From Phoronis australis (taxonomy: Eukaryota > Animalia > Phoronida): DNA of 64,000 nt. The notes beneath the pieces were generated by a model that did not search any database, had not been told where the DNA came from, and saw only the letters and a list, made by a program, of their open reading frames with translations. The first letter of the stretch is position 1. Every line of letters starts with the position of its first letter. This document shows positions 11,101 to 22,997 of the stretch, piece after piece. Where the stretch lies: contig NMRA01000459.1 in assembly GCA_002633005.1 (NCBI GenBank), positions 233,047 to 297,046 of the forward strand, given 5' to 3'. Position numbers and translations under genes: made by a program.

Positions 11101-12352
11101 TCATATGAAGGTTTTACTTTTGGCCAAAACCATTGAGTTAACTCGTCGGCCACGCGCATTGTAATACTTGCACGGACAGCGTTTCCTGGACGAGTGTGTT
11201 GTGCTTCAATCAAAAAAGTGCGTTATGTCAAGATGAGAACCAAGATACACCAGTTTATGTAATAAATTTCTAAGTTAAGGGCGAAAATGAGCCGTCAGTG
11301 GAATAAAGTTACAAATAATCATTAAAATACTAACTTTAACATTCTCAATTAGTTGAGTTTCGGATTAGAATTATTGAATTTGAAATATTGGTTGCTTGCT
11401 CAAACTCGAAGTTTCATCTACGTCAGGCGTACAAGTTGAAGCACAACTGAAATCCGCCATGTTTACTATTTCAGGTCCTTGAATTCAGAGTTTTGAGATT
11501 GTTTTGGAAATTCCATCGCCACTTCACCACTCACGAAGACAGTTAATGGGATCTAGGAAAGATAAGGCTTTGTTTATGCAATACCAGGCTAAGGGAGGTG
11601 CACGCAGATTTTATTTGGATTTTGGACGGTTGAAGTTGGGAGCCTCGGCTAAACAGATTTCGAGTGTCCAACCTTTATGTTTTCTTATATATATATATAT
11701 TGTGACGTCATTTGCGATAAACCCATGCGCCTGTGGCTTATCTCAACAAAGTCTAAGCTCCATTCCTGCGACGAAACAAATCCTGCTGTGGAGATTTGAA
11801 TGATATGCATGGCACTGGTGGTTCTGAAAATTTGGGACCCCTGTCACTGTCACGGGTCCATTTAGGCACAGAAGATGCGATTATAATTTGAAGGTCCAAA
11901 ATGAACTGGGCGCATTAAGTTAGTGTAAAACTTTCAATGTAAGGATATAGTGAACCACGACTGTCAAGTTTATTGTCGGTGTCGAGTTGATTGTGCGGTG
12001 ACCACCCTGCCTGCCTGTAGGCAATGACCATCGCCTCTGTTGGCCCGAGGTGGTTGGTGCGAGGCATAATTCGCCGAAAAGCTTCCTGCGTACAGAGCGC
12101 CTATAGCCTCTACATCGCCTCTGGTTCGGGCCAACAGAGGCGATGGTCATTGCCTAGCCTGCCTGATAACCACGAGGCACGACCACGCCAACAGCTGACT
12201 GACTTAGCCCAGCCCTAACCCGGACACACAACCCGACTCACTGGGATTGTACGTTCAAAACTTACTGTCAATCCTATCTGCGACAGTATTTTCCTATTGT
12301 CTTCTAGATTTTTCAGCCTTCGTTTCTCATATTCTGATAATCCTGCAGGCAT
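5155..12352 (-). CDS. Standalone SRA/YDG-domain protein, about 378 aa: N-terminal helix, basic linker, SRA domain, acidic tail
   Basis: Hand-spliced GT-AG exons with consistent phases: 12352-12266, 10032-9862, 9480-9305, [8416-8266 or 8210-8060], 7572-7419, 6254-6136, 5433-5155 (TAA). SRA motifs: [16 protein letters not shown]...[65 protein letters not shown]. No UBL, Tudor, PHD, RING or SET region, so no UHRF1 symbol is given. Confidence 0.9.
6270..7203 (-). mobile_element. Degenerate HINE-family copy in SRA gene intron 5
   Basis: Shares blocks such as gaagatacagaggcaaac, cacacctgccaaatttca and aaattgccaccagggggcac with copy A; boundaries approximate. Confidence 0.6.
8060..8210 (-). CDS. 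SRA gene exon 4b (one of two mutually exclusive duplicate exons)
   Basis: 151 nt, ttgcag acceptor, gtgact donor, phase 2 to 0. Encodes (R)[50 protein letters not shown]. Confidence 0.88.
8266..8416 (-). CDS. SRA gene exon 4a (one of two mutually exclusive duplicate exons)
   Basis: 151 nt, ttgcag acceptor, gtactg donor, phase 2 to 0. Encodes (R)[50 protein letters not shown]. Confidence 0.88.
10617..11735. mobile_element. Non-autonomous DNA transposon with about 84-bp terminal inverted repeats and 8-bp TSD (P- or hAT-type), SRA gene intron 1
   Basis: Termini CACAGGCGC(T/A)TGGGTTTATCGCAAATGACGTCAC...GGTTGGACACTCGAAATCTGTTT are inverted at both ends. GCTTATCT is duplicated at 10609-10616 and 11736-11743. 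Confidence 0.88.
12018..12156. mobile_element. 139-bp MITE with perfect 31-bp inverted termini and 9-bp TSD
   Basis: TAGGCAATGACCATCGCCTCTGTTGGCCCGA and its reverse complement; GCCTGCCTG at 12009-12017 and 12157-12165. Confidence 0.85.
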
Positions 12353-12753
12353 TCTGAAATCCGTGAGCTGCAAACCCGGGATACGCAAACGGAACACAAC
12401 ACCGGTTTTACAATTAGGTCATTAAAATCCACGCTACTATTTCGCGCCAAATTGTCACATGACTTCTTACTAAGATGTCAAAGCCCAACACATTAATGAA
12501 AGACTAAACTGTACTTCGGTTATAAATAAAATGGGTAGGATAGAATTTTCATAGCTGCGGTTATCATTGTTTGTGTCACCTCTGCTAAAGAGGAATGTGT
12601 GGACAAAGACGTAATAATAAAGTTTTGATTGGCGGCTTTAGATTTTAGAATAACTCATAACTCCGCATAAAACAGTTTCCGGTTTCCGGTTTTGTTCTTT
12701 TTCTTGTCGGTCTGTTTGTGCTGAGTGATAACTTAACGCTTTGAGGCTCAGTC
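12353..12753. promoter_or_regulatory. Probable bidirectional promoter between the SRA gene and GATAD1
   Basis: 401 nt between divergent ATGs. Contains TTTCGCGCC (E2F-type, 12440-12448), ATTGG (reverse CCAAT, 12628-12632) and tandem TTCCGG (ETS-type, 12677-12689). Confidence 0.65.
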
Positions 12754-15700
12754 ATGCCTTTTGGTGTGAGGCCAGTTTGTGCGACATGTAAAACCACCAC
12801 TTCAACAATGTGGCGAAAGGGAGCCAGGTGCGAAGTGTTGTGCAATTCCTGTGGATTGAAACAGCTTGGCGGGAACGTTCGACCGATATCCCCGGCCATG
12901 TCAACAGACGGGACAAGTTCAAATTCAAGTGGAAAATCGGAGAATAAAAGTAATAGCAAAGCAACGGATAGTTCATCAATTGACAAAACAGTAGCCTTAC
13001 GAAAAAGTGCTAGAATCAAGCCATCGAGAAGCAAATCTCAGACAAATACAAAGACTTTGTCAACAAAAGGAAAAAGCAGAAGGATTATATTCAAGAAAAA
13101 TGTATGTTTGAACAGAGGCGTCCTCAACTTCTGACCGTCCCAACATATTATATAGAATACTACAAGGTATGACATTCCGGACTAGAAATTCCACCGGTGC
13201 TTCACTTCAGCTGTCCATAGCAAACACAAAACTCTGTTGTATTACTGCAGGTTCACTAGCTAGGCCTCTAGAAGTACTCACCAGTTAAAACACAGCTATT
13301 CCAGCTCCAATAAAACCCAATCCAGGTACCCATCCCTGACATATAAATTTACTCAAAATAGGGGTTCAACAAACCACAAGGAGTTGTTCTTTCTCCCAAT
13401 ACCAATTACAGTGTCCTTGTCCTCTGAGTTAATTACAAATTCGCAGTCAAAGCACAAAAATCTTCCCAAAAAGTCGCTGGGTACTATCGGTATGCTTCAT
13501 GTGAGTTGGGTCAAGGTCATGTAGGGTACGTAATAATCCGATGAGTTATGAATGTACGTCAATTGCCAGTACATCACAGAAGATTTACGAAATGGTCTGA
13601 CTTAATGTGGAGGGTGATTTTTGTGCTTTGACCGCGAATTTATTGCGAACTCAATGGAGCAGGACACCATAAATGGTTTTGGGAGAAAGAACAATTCCTC
13701 ATGGTTTGTTGAACCCCTGTTTTGTGTAAATTTATTGAGTTTGGTGTTTGCTATGGACTGCTGAAATGAAGCACCCGTGGAATTTCTAGTGTCATACCTT
13801 GTACTATACATATAGTGTATTGGGGATGATCAGAAGCTTAAAACACCCGTGTGTTTGAAAAGAAAAGTGTAAGAAGATGACTTTGGCCAGTGTTGATTTG
13901 AAATCTTTGGTCACTAACTTCAATTTTTGATATTTGTTGTGAGTGCTGACATTTTAGTATCTGGCTGTGCCGACATTGCCATGGTGACAACTATTACTAA
14001 GTCTCCCGGCTACGGTGGAAGCTTTTCAGTGAATTATGCCTCACACTGATTAAACCATCAAAGCCGCGTTGCTATGAGCACCCTTTGTGCATAGAGGGAC
14101 ACCTTAGGAGGCCATTGATGTCTTTGATTCCTTCCAACTGAAGAAATTATTTTGTAATCAATCTTTTTTCAAGCAGTCCTACATTCAGTTGCCGATTTGG
14201 GCTATTTTTACATTGCTCGTGCCATGAGATATGATGTCCTTCTATGGACATAGCAATGTGACTTCGATGGTTTGAATAGTGTGAGGCAGAATTCGTGGAA
14301 AAGCTATCAACTTAATAATGAAGGGCCTACTGCTAGTGGAGCTGGTGGCACTGTCATGCTCAAGAGATTCAGAAGTGTCTATTTTATGTACATATATTTG
14401 ACAATGTCCATATACATACACTCGCTTGTGTAGCCTTTGTGCAAGGGGACATGAGAAATACCTAGCTTTGAATGATTCTGATAAAAGTGAGCAAAGCAAA
14501 TTCTTACACAAAGTACTAAATTCGGTTATCAGCGTGAAAATAATACCTTTAGTCTGTTATTCTGCAGTTTGCGGAACCATCATATATATCAACCTTGAGC
14601 ACCAGTGAAATTAGGTACTTTCTTTTCGCCAGTCTCTGTTTTTGCCAATTGTGTTTGCTTTTTAGAAGGTGGCGTAGCAATTGCCGAGATTACCCAACCT
14701 GGGATTGGAAGCAGCAACCACCAATTAAACCAGCGAGCACGTTAAAGGGTCACGTGATTCGCTGGAAGCACGTCTACAACAATTACACACAGTTTACGAC
14801 AAACTGTCAGAAGTGGTTTTACTTAAGTTTGTAGTTTGAATTAATTTATTTGTTACCACTGAGCCAAAGTTCTTTTACAAAGTTGTTACCATCGTCCACA
14901 ATTACCATACGAAACCATTATTAAATCGACGTTTGACTTTTCTTTGTATTACACTGGAGGGAGAGAGACAAGGTGTGAATGTCTCAGTTGCAAAAAGGCA
15001 TGGTTGGATGTGTTAGATATGTTGGACTTCTTGCCAGTAATGGTTTAGTGCCAAAGATTGAGGTGCGGGGTGCCTGACTTTCTTCTGCATCAGTACAATC
15101 AGGTTTCAAAAAAAATGACACCTTTTGACAGGAAATTGTTTTGCAGGCTGTAATAAAAAGTAAACCTCACTTTTCAGTCACATCATTTTAAGCTACCGAT
15201 TAGTATTCCTGATATTTTAAGTATTCATTCATGTTTTCTCTGTCATTTTAGCCAATCAAGTCACTGACATCTGTTGCGACTGTTACCACATCAGATTATG
15301 TGTACTATCAGGTGAGTTCAGTGTTCTGTTTTGACTCATTACTGTGTCGAGTTTAAATGTCATCGTGACTATTTTTGGCTTACTTGCATCAAGTTTGAGG
15401 TATTGGGAATGAATGGTTTATTAAACAAATTTTGGTAATATTCTAAAACTTAACACACAATCTCCCCACAGCATGGACATGGGGTATCTGACATGTACAT
15501 GAAATTTGTTATTCGATTTGAGTTTATATTTTGTGTTGTGAAGAACCCTGAAATTATGTGCACATTTTCTATTGTTTCTTGGTCAATTTTGAATTAACCA
15601 ATGTCCATGATTAGGCAAAAATGCCAGTATGGGAAATATTTGAGTAAAGCCGAGGTGCACAGAACAGTGAATCATTTGAAATTTAAACAAAAATATTTTT

Positions 15701-18700
15701 GCTGCAAACTTCTGATTTTGACAATAAGAAAATTTTTGATAACTACAATTTTGCAAATCGACCAATTGCTGCAAACTAAATTAATTGGATGCATTTTTTC
15801 TTTGTGCACGTGTTAATTAGTTATTTACTTTTAGGGTATCTACTACCAAGTTGGAGACATTGTATCCTTGCTTGATGACAACGGCCTGCTTTACTACGCG
15901 CAGATACGTGGCTTCCTTCAAGATCAGTTCACAGAGAAGAGTGCAGTGATCACTTGGCTGCTACCGACCAATCAAACAAAGAACGTTCATGAGTTTGATC
16001 CTTCCACATTCATTCTGGGTAAGTGCAGAGCTCCGCAATCAATGGCACAACTGTTTGTAAACTGGTTCAGCTTTCCAGAACAATTTCTGCCACAGGAATC
16101 TAATTGCACAAGATATTGGTTTCTGTAAAGCAAGTGCGTCGTATTGTTCATACATCACTGTACAATATCTCGTGCACTGATGAGTGATATCATGCATTAG
16201 CTGTTCCAATATATTACATCCCAACCAGTGTTCACCCAAGGCTCCGTTTTTTTTTTTGGCACCTTGCGATGCTACCAAACTAACAACACCCATTTGACAC
16301 TTTGAATGCTGCTTTTAGATCATAAGTTCTAGTTCTAAGAATTCAAAGAAAAAAGTGGTGGCAATAACCCAGTTTTGCTGAAAACCTGGATTGCTACAAA
16401 GATCTTATCTAGTAGTTAGAGGTTTACTGAATGCTGCTTCAGTAATATCACTGTTATCTTGGGACATCCCATTGTAACAGATAAAGTCTCCACTGAACAT
16501 CAAAAATGTGTATTTCACATCATCAGGCATACGTTTCAGTTTAGTTACACATGATAACGATCAATTTCATGTAGACAAAGGAAGGAAACACCCTTCTCCT
16601 AAGCCTGTCTCTAGCGAAGTGCCAAACACATACTATCACGCCCGCATGTCCACGTAACAAAGGCGCACTGAGACGCAACAAAAACATTAACATAAGAATG
16701 AATGAACAACAACTAAATAAGCATAACAATAAATGTTCCGTTGCTAATGTCCTGTCACACCATTTTGATGGCTAGTATCAAATGTTTCGATTTGATTTTG
16801 TGGCAGATGGCAAATTAAAATTCTGTGAAAAGGTCAACCTCGAGACAAAAAATTAAAATTGTGGCTACACTAATATTTCTGGTCTCATCTGAGAGCCCAT
16901 TCTCTCTAGTTTCAGGACACATATTTGACTGTCCTATATTTGGCTAAATGGACCCATTTTTGGAGGTCACTTCACCCTAAAAAATTAGCTTGATTTTCAT
17001 GTGTGTTACTAATTATTGTCATAAAAAGCTAATAATGGGGTTTTCACTATACTATCAAATTTGTGCAATCACATGAACCCCAAACTTTATAAAAAATAAC
17101 ATTTCAACTTTGGCACATCACTGACCTCTTGGGGTCAAAGGTCAACTCCTGGATATCATGGTGCCGTACGTCCAGCACAAAAAAGTTTTTAAAATTTTAG
17201 TTACGTTAAAAATTTTTAATCAAAATTAAAATAATTTCAGATTCTCTTGTAACTTGTTACTCAATACTATTGACCAAGATTTTGGATCCCAGTTATTATT
17301 CGTTTTGTCAGAAATTGTGTGACAAACATGTAACAAATTTGTACGTCCGTCACATACGGCCGTCACACCCATGAAATTGCAATTTTTCCGCCAATAAAAA
17401 TAGCCTTAGGTCATATTTTTACTTTCTAAACTTGCATGTTGATAAAATGTACCTCACACGCAAAAACTTTAAAACGATAAAATATTACAAAGGCAGCTTT
17501 AAAATTAAGTGAAGAAGTTGTTACAAGTTTTAAGTAAATGCATTGATTTTTTCAATTTCAAATGTATTTGCAGAAAAGTTAAAGTTTACAATGTCATCTA
17601 GTTATTCTTAGTAGAATACAACTTATGAAAATCAAACCGTTGGACCACATAATAAAATGTAAATAAAACAAAGTGTTAATTAAATTGGTGCCCCTTATTA
17701 GTAAAGAAAGGCTTAGCTTTTGGGAAATTCAAGATGCAAAAATATTCATACAAAAGAAATCCTAAGGTGTTCTAGAGTATACGAAAATAACAAGAAACTT
17801 AAAAGAATACATGTCAAGTTGCTACTGCACATGAATCAACATGTTATTTCTGCTCCGACCTGCTATGCTGTGTTTTGTGTTGAAAAAGCCGATATCGGGA
17901 ATTTTCCAGTGGTAAGAATGTCACCTACTTTATTGAAAATTTTTGTCACATCCTCACTGGCTGTAGGCACACTTTTTGAGTTTTTCAATGTATTGGGTCA
18001 TTGGGTGGCTTGTATGAAATTATTTCATAGCAAATGATTATATTGTCTCATCTTACATGTTTTTGATCCTTCAATCTTTTTGAGGAATTAGTCGACTAAT
18101 TTTTTTTCTGCTGAGTTCCGAGGAGATTAAACCACATTTAGAAAGGATAGAGGAAATTGTTGAAGACCATGTGGAGAACAGACGCAACCGGGAGAAGACT
18201 AAATATCTTCTGGAATATTCTCTGAAACTCAAAAAATGCCCTCGTGTATCAAGAAATTCATAATTACTGTACTTGCGCGTACTGTGATGTGGCATTATAT
18301 AAAGCATATCTTTGAATTTGAAAAGAAGGCATGAGTTAAGGAGCTGGATGAAAACCTAATCATTTTAATCACTAAATAGAAACCAGCATCTGATAAGTTA
18401 GCTCTACATATTCCTAAATCATAATCCTAAATGCAATTAATTTAAAATGTGGTGTTTTCATACTGGAAGACAGCACGGGTGATTTGAATCAAAACATGAA
18501 TGCCAAAAGTCGATGATGTCTTCTAAACCATATGCTTCACACTTTGTTTTAATAAGACACTGAAGTCCTGTTACTAATACTTTAAAAACATCACAGTTAT
18601 TACTTACATGGGCATGCATCACAACCATCGACAGCATGGACCAGAGAAAAATTTTATACAACTGCTAAGGGCGAGTTCTAATTTAAAAAAAAACAATTAA

Positions 18701-20644
18701 TTAAAATACATTTTTATGACAGTGATTAGTAATGTTTTAAACTTAATTTCACTTTTTATATTTGACGGTCATATTTACTGATTAGTTTTAAATTAGTGTT
18801 CTATTTAACGCTTAAAAACAGATTTTCCTGATAACTAACAGCTGTCAAATACAAAATGATTATCACTCTCATTCCCATCAATAATGCTTACCCTCTTCAA
18901 AAGGAAGTGAAGATTTTAGGTGATTGTTTTATATCTTTAATCAAATGTATTGAAAAGTTAAAATCCTAGAGTGTATATTCCTAGTATAGCCTTACCTCTG
19001 ATGATTTCGTGCAAAGGGTCAATCGGTGCATTTTATTTAAAAAACATTGAATTAGTGTCAAAAGACCAAAATAGCTTAAATGCTGCAAAAGTTTGAATCA
19101 TTCTGAATTGATATCTTAGTCAAAACAAACAATTTAGTACTAGGATATCAGAGCGTACGTCCATCACGCATGTCCGTCACACTAACTCAACTTATATCGA
19201 GCTTTTTGACAAAAATTTCTTAGCAGATATCATCAAAAAAATTAGTGTGTAGTACTTTGCAAACATTCCTTTAAATCATCATGTAAAACATAAAATTGTA
19301 AATTAATGCAACTCACAGAAAATTAACGTTAAATTTTTTTAAAAAAATTCAAATTCTCACCTCTTTAAAGACAATTTTCTCAGTCATATTAAAAGATAGG
19401 GGAAAAGTTGATACATGCTTTGAAAGCTATCAATGAGACCTATCCATTGATATGTTAATTATTTTCCTTGGGTGAACATTTTTTCACAATTGATGTTCTC
19501 TGATTGTACGTCCGTCACAAATGGAATTGCCCTTCTCGTTTTCTATTTTACTATTGTGCTTTGAATTTGGCCATTTTTACCTCAGTAGCTTTAAAGATAA
19601 AACTTTGTTTCATATACTGTGAGCCCATGTTTATATTTCAAAAAGCATAAAACATACAACGCTTTCCTATCATTAGTTCAAACATGCATACAGATTTTGA
19701 ATGTTCATACTGTTTGGCTGATTGCTTCATTTTAAGAATTAACATACTACTCCACCGATTGTGATCATTTGTCATTTTTCAACACTATTCTGTATGTTCA
19801 GCAACGCTTTGTCTCTGAAAATCTTCTAAGGACAATGTTGCTGGAATTAGAAATCATGTTTCCTCAAGATCAGTTAAAAGGATTCCAAACCTGGTTTTGG
19901 CCAATTAACAGATACTACAATCAATTTTCCCATCCAGTTCCCTCAAACAAAATAATGCTTTGTAACCCTTGACAACCCTCGACAACTCTCAAAAGTTTGG
20001 AGGAAAATTAATAGCTTCTTTCAAAGTTTGCTAAACGGGCAAGCGTGACCTACGCATTTGGCGAATTACACGGCAACTGTGGGAAAAGACCACACACCAA
20101 GGACCATAATGTCCAATCTGTGGTGCAGGGAGCATGAGCTTTTGGCTGATGCTTATCTTTAACTCGGAAGATTGACACCAATTATACATTAGCAGGTGAC
20201 AGAATGAGGATTGGTGGAAATCATCAAAACAGGGTTTAGTATCCTCTTAACACCCGCTATCAGGACTGCAGCAGGCTAACATTTACTTTTATGCTTGCAG
20301 ATGGTGTTGCTTTTTAGCTCAGCGCCTTCAGTATGACTGGCTGCCGACTCAATGTGACCAGTTGGCTGAACACTAGTCACCTGTACTATAATAACATTAA
20401 TTTATATTTTTATTCATTTACAGGACCTGAAGAAGACCTGCCACGGAAGATGGAGTATTTAGACTTTGTTTGTCACGCACCATCGGACTATTACAAACTG
20501 CACAACTCGCCCTATCCCACAATGCCCACGAAACAGGAACTGGGTTATATATGGACAAGCTTAGGAGGCGAGATTCGTGCATTGCCGACAACTGATGAAA
20601 TTTTTGGTTCACGATCTGATAACGTGGCTGATGGGACAGTCTGA
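12754..20644 (+). CDS. GATAD1: GATA zinc finger domain-containing protein 1, about 270 aa
   Basis: Exons 12754-13101, 15252-15311, 15835-16018, 20424-20644, all GT-AG and in phase. N-terminal CxxC..WRKG..LCNxC finger, then KGKSRRIIFK, YYAQIRGFLQDQFTEKSAVITWL and GPEEDLPRKMEYLDFVCHAPSDY, all GATAD1 hallmarks. Confidence 0.96.
13161..13803. mobile_element. Foldback/MITE-like element with long imperfect inverted arms, GATAD1 intron 1
   Basis: Left arm tacaaggtatgac...ctagaaattccac...gtccatagcaaacac...ggggttcaacaaacca...gtcaaagcacaaaaatc is mirrored at about 13617-13803; the left arm carries an extra segment of roughly 100 nt. No clear TSD. Confidence 0.75.
17160..19532. mobile_element. Probable DNA-transposon relic (Sola-like right terminus), GATAD1 intron 3
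   Basis: GTACGTCCRTCAC-type motif recurs at about 17166, 17341, 19155 and 19506; ends TGGAATTGCCC at 19532. Left end not located. Confidence 0.4.
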
Positions 20645-22997
20645 ATGTTGGACATAGACAGTGTTTACATGTTTGTCTCTGTGGCATGAAGGAATAACCA
20701 AACCTAAACATTTACTTTATAAACAATTTTTCAAGCATCACTCATTGCGCATTTCTGTGTTGTCATTGTGAAGACTGTATCATTTAAAGTTGTATTGTGT
20801 GCACTGGTCAGTTATTAACAGTTTTTAAACTCATTGTCTTCCAATCTTGTGAAGAGTATCAGAATAGTGTTTAAAAATTAATATTATTATAATCTGCAGT
20901 TAATTTAGTTTAAAATAAACCAGACAAACTTCAAACTGTGGTGAATTTCCTGACAGAAATATTGGCAAATTTTAGTTGCAATAAAATAGCATCTTTATGC
21001 AAATTTTTCAGTTTAATAGTTATTGCGCCTAGGTGCTAGTTTATTTCAGATGAGACTTCCACAGTGAGTTGTTACTACTTCGACACATTGCTTGAAGAGA
21101 CACCTTTCCCCACTACGTTTACACACTCAGTTTGATGCTCACATTGGATGAAGCCAAGTCCCTCTCTGCTTCGTGTCATCACTCCATTCTGCATGCTAAG
21201 TCATCAACCTTTTATTTGGCTCTTTCACCTGAAGTCCAAGGTCAATGTAAGCTTTTAGGCATTAATACGATTGCGTCCACCCAGACTTCAAAAGCTTTGT
21301 TTTTAAGTGCCCATACTTGTGTTAATGCCCAACTCCTGACATTTTAGTTCCCCAATTTAGGCACAATAGTTGCAGTTTTGTGTTTTAAGTGTCCAATTTT
21401 GACATCCAGTTTCTTTTGAAAACTATAGCGCTGTACTTTGTTATTTGAAAAACTGTTAGGAATTTTGCCAGATCCTTTTTTTCTGAAAATGTATTTTTTC
21501 TGTTTCAAAAGTAGTGCAGGCAATACAGCTGTGTTAGATGGTAGTCATTATTGAACTAGATTTTAATGTTCAACTGTGCAGGGAACTGTCAGCATCTAAG
21601 TTACGGCACCTCGTCTGGATACTTTGTCTTGTGTTTGCGTGACATTTACTCATTTTGGATTGTTTATGTGAATGACTTGTCCGTTACTAAGTGCTAATGG
21701 TAGGTTTGTAGTATTTTTAGTTTTTGTCATTGAATCTTTGTTCCAGAGAAGTGTTAGTTACAACCAAGACATTTTGATCTTTTCCTCACATTCAAACACC
21801 ACTGAATAGTTCAATGAGCCACCCTACGAGTACCTCTGACTGCATTGTAGATAAAACAACCTTACGTTTCAGTTGAAATTAAATTTATTTAATCTGCTCG
21901 TAATAATAATAATATTTGCCTTCTGTCACTCGAATCATGTTCTCACATGGGTGTTATAAAAATAGTGATCATGACATTTTGTAACAAAGTACATCCACTG
22001 AGCCAATGATTAAAATGTTAAAATGACCAATAAGCATTCAATTTTTTATTTTTAACTTCAAGGCAGGTTTAAACACACTTGGAATGCGGTAAAAAGCCAA
22101 CACCGTGTCTTTCAAAATACACATTCCTACATATTAATGTACTTGGCACGTGTTCAGTCATGTTCAACAACTAAGTTAGCCGAGAACATGTGATAAATCA
22201 GTTGACGAAAGCAAATAAACAAAAACTTAGTTCTTGAAACCATTAAAGACAAAAATTTACACAAAACAGGAACATAATATATATTCAATCAACAAAATAT
22301 GAAGTATTAGGCTTTTAAGATTGATATTAAAAAATCAATCTGCATATCTGTTAGATTCATTATGTCATTAAAGATGAAAATAGGAAATCGGCAAGGAAAG
22401 AAATTTACACATAAAAACAAAAAATCAATGTACATCCACAAGTTCTCAATTAAATTTTTCACATTTTCACCCACAATACACCCTAAGACAGAAAGAAAGT
22501 ATGGAAGACCTCAACAGCTACAAAACAAAACAACTGGCGCACTTGGTTGAGGTGTTGAATCTAACACTGCTTCTCTGATACATCCCACAAATATATAAAA
22601 TGCAATAAGGGATGCATGAAGCTTACAGACCAGTTCACCAATATTCAACAATTAATGAGGTATTCTCTTGGGTAATGCACATCACAACACTTATGTAGAA
22701 CAGTTATTAATTTTTTAAAAATTGGAAGTTATCAAATTTGCCAAGCTCATAGAACTTGGACAAAGATTGAGGAGAGAACCAGAAGACAAATAATAGCAAA
22801 TTATTACAGTAACTAGTCAAACTTCTTCCCGAAAATGTTAATAATGAATTTTCGACAAGCATTCAAATTTTTAAAACTAATAACCGTTACAGTACTTTCA
22901 AAAACAAAATCGTCACATGTGATGTCATTCCTGCTCTACTTCTCAACAAACAGCATGATACAATATTACTCTGAGCACTCACTGAACACTAACTAAA

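Noticed and set aside
5155-12352. Calling the SRA gene UHRF1
   Set aside because: Start and stop are both visible and leave no room for UBL, tandem Tudor, PHD or RING domains; the finger loop also differs.
20301-20330. Possible 30-nt poison exon in GATAD1 intron 3 (ttgcag...gtatga, in-phase TAG)
   Set aside because: Only generic splice-like dinucleotides; nothing else in the sequence supports its use.
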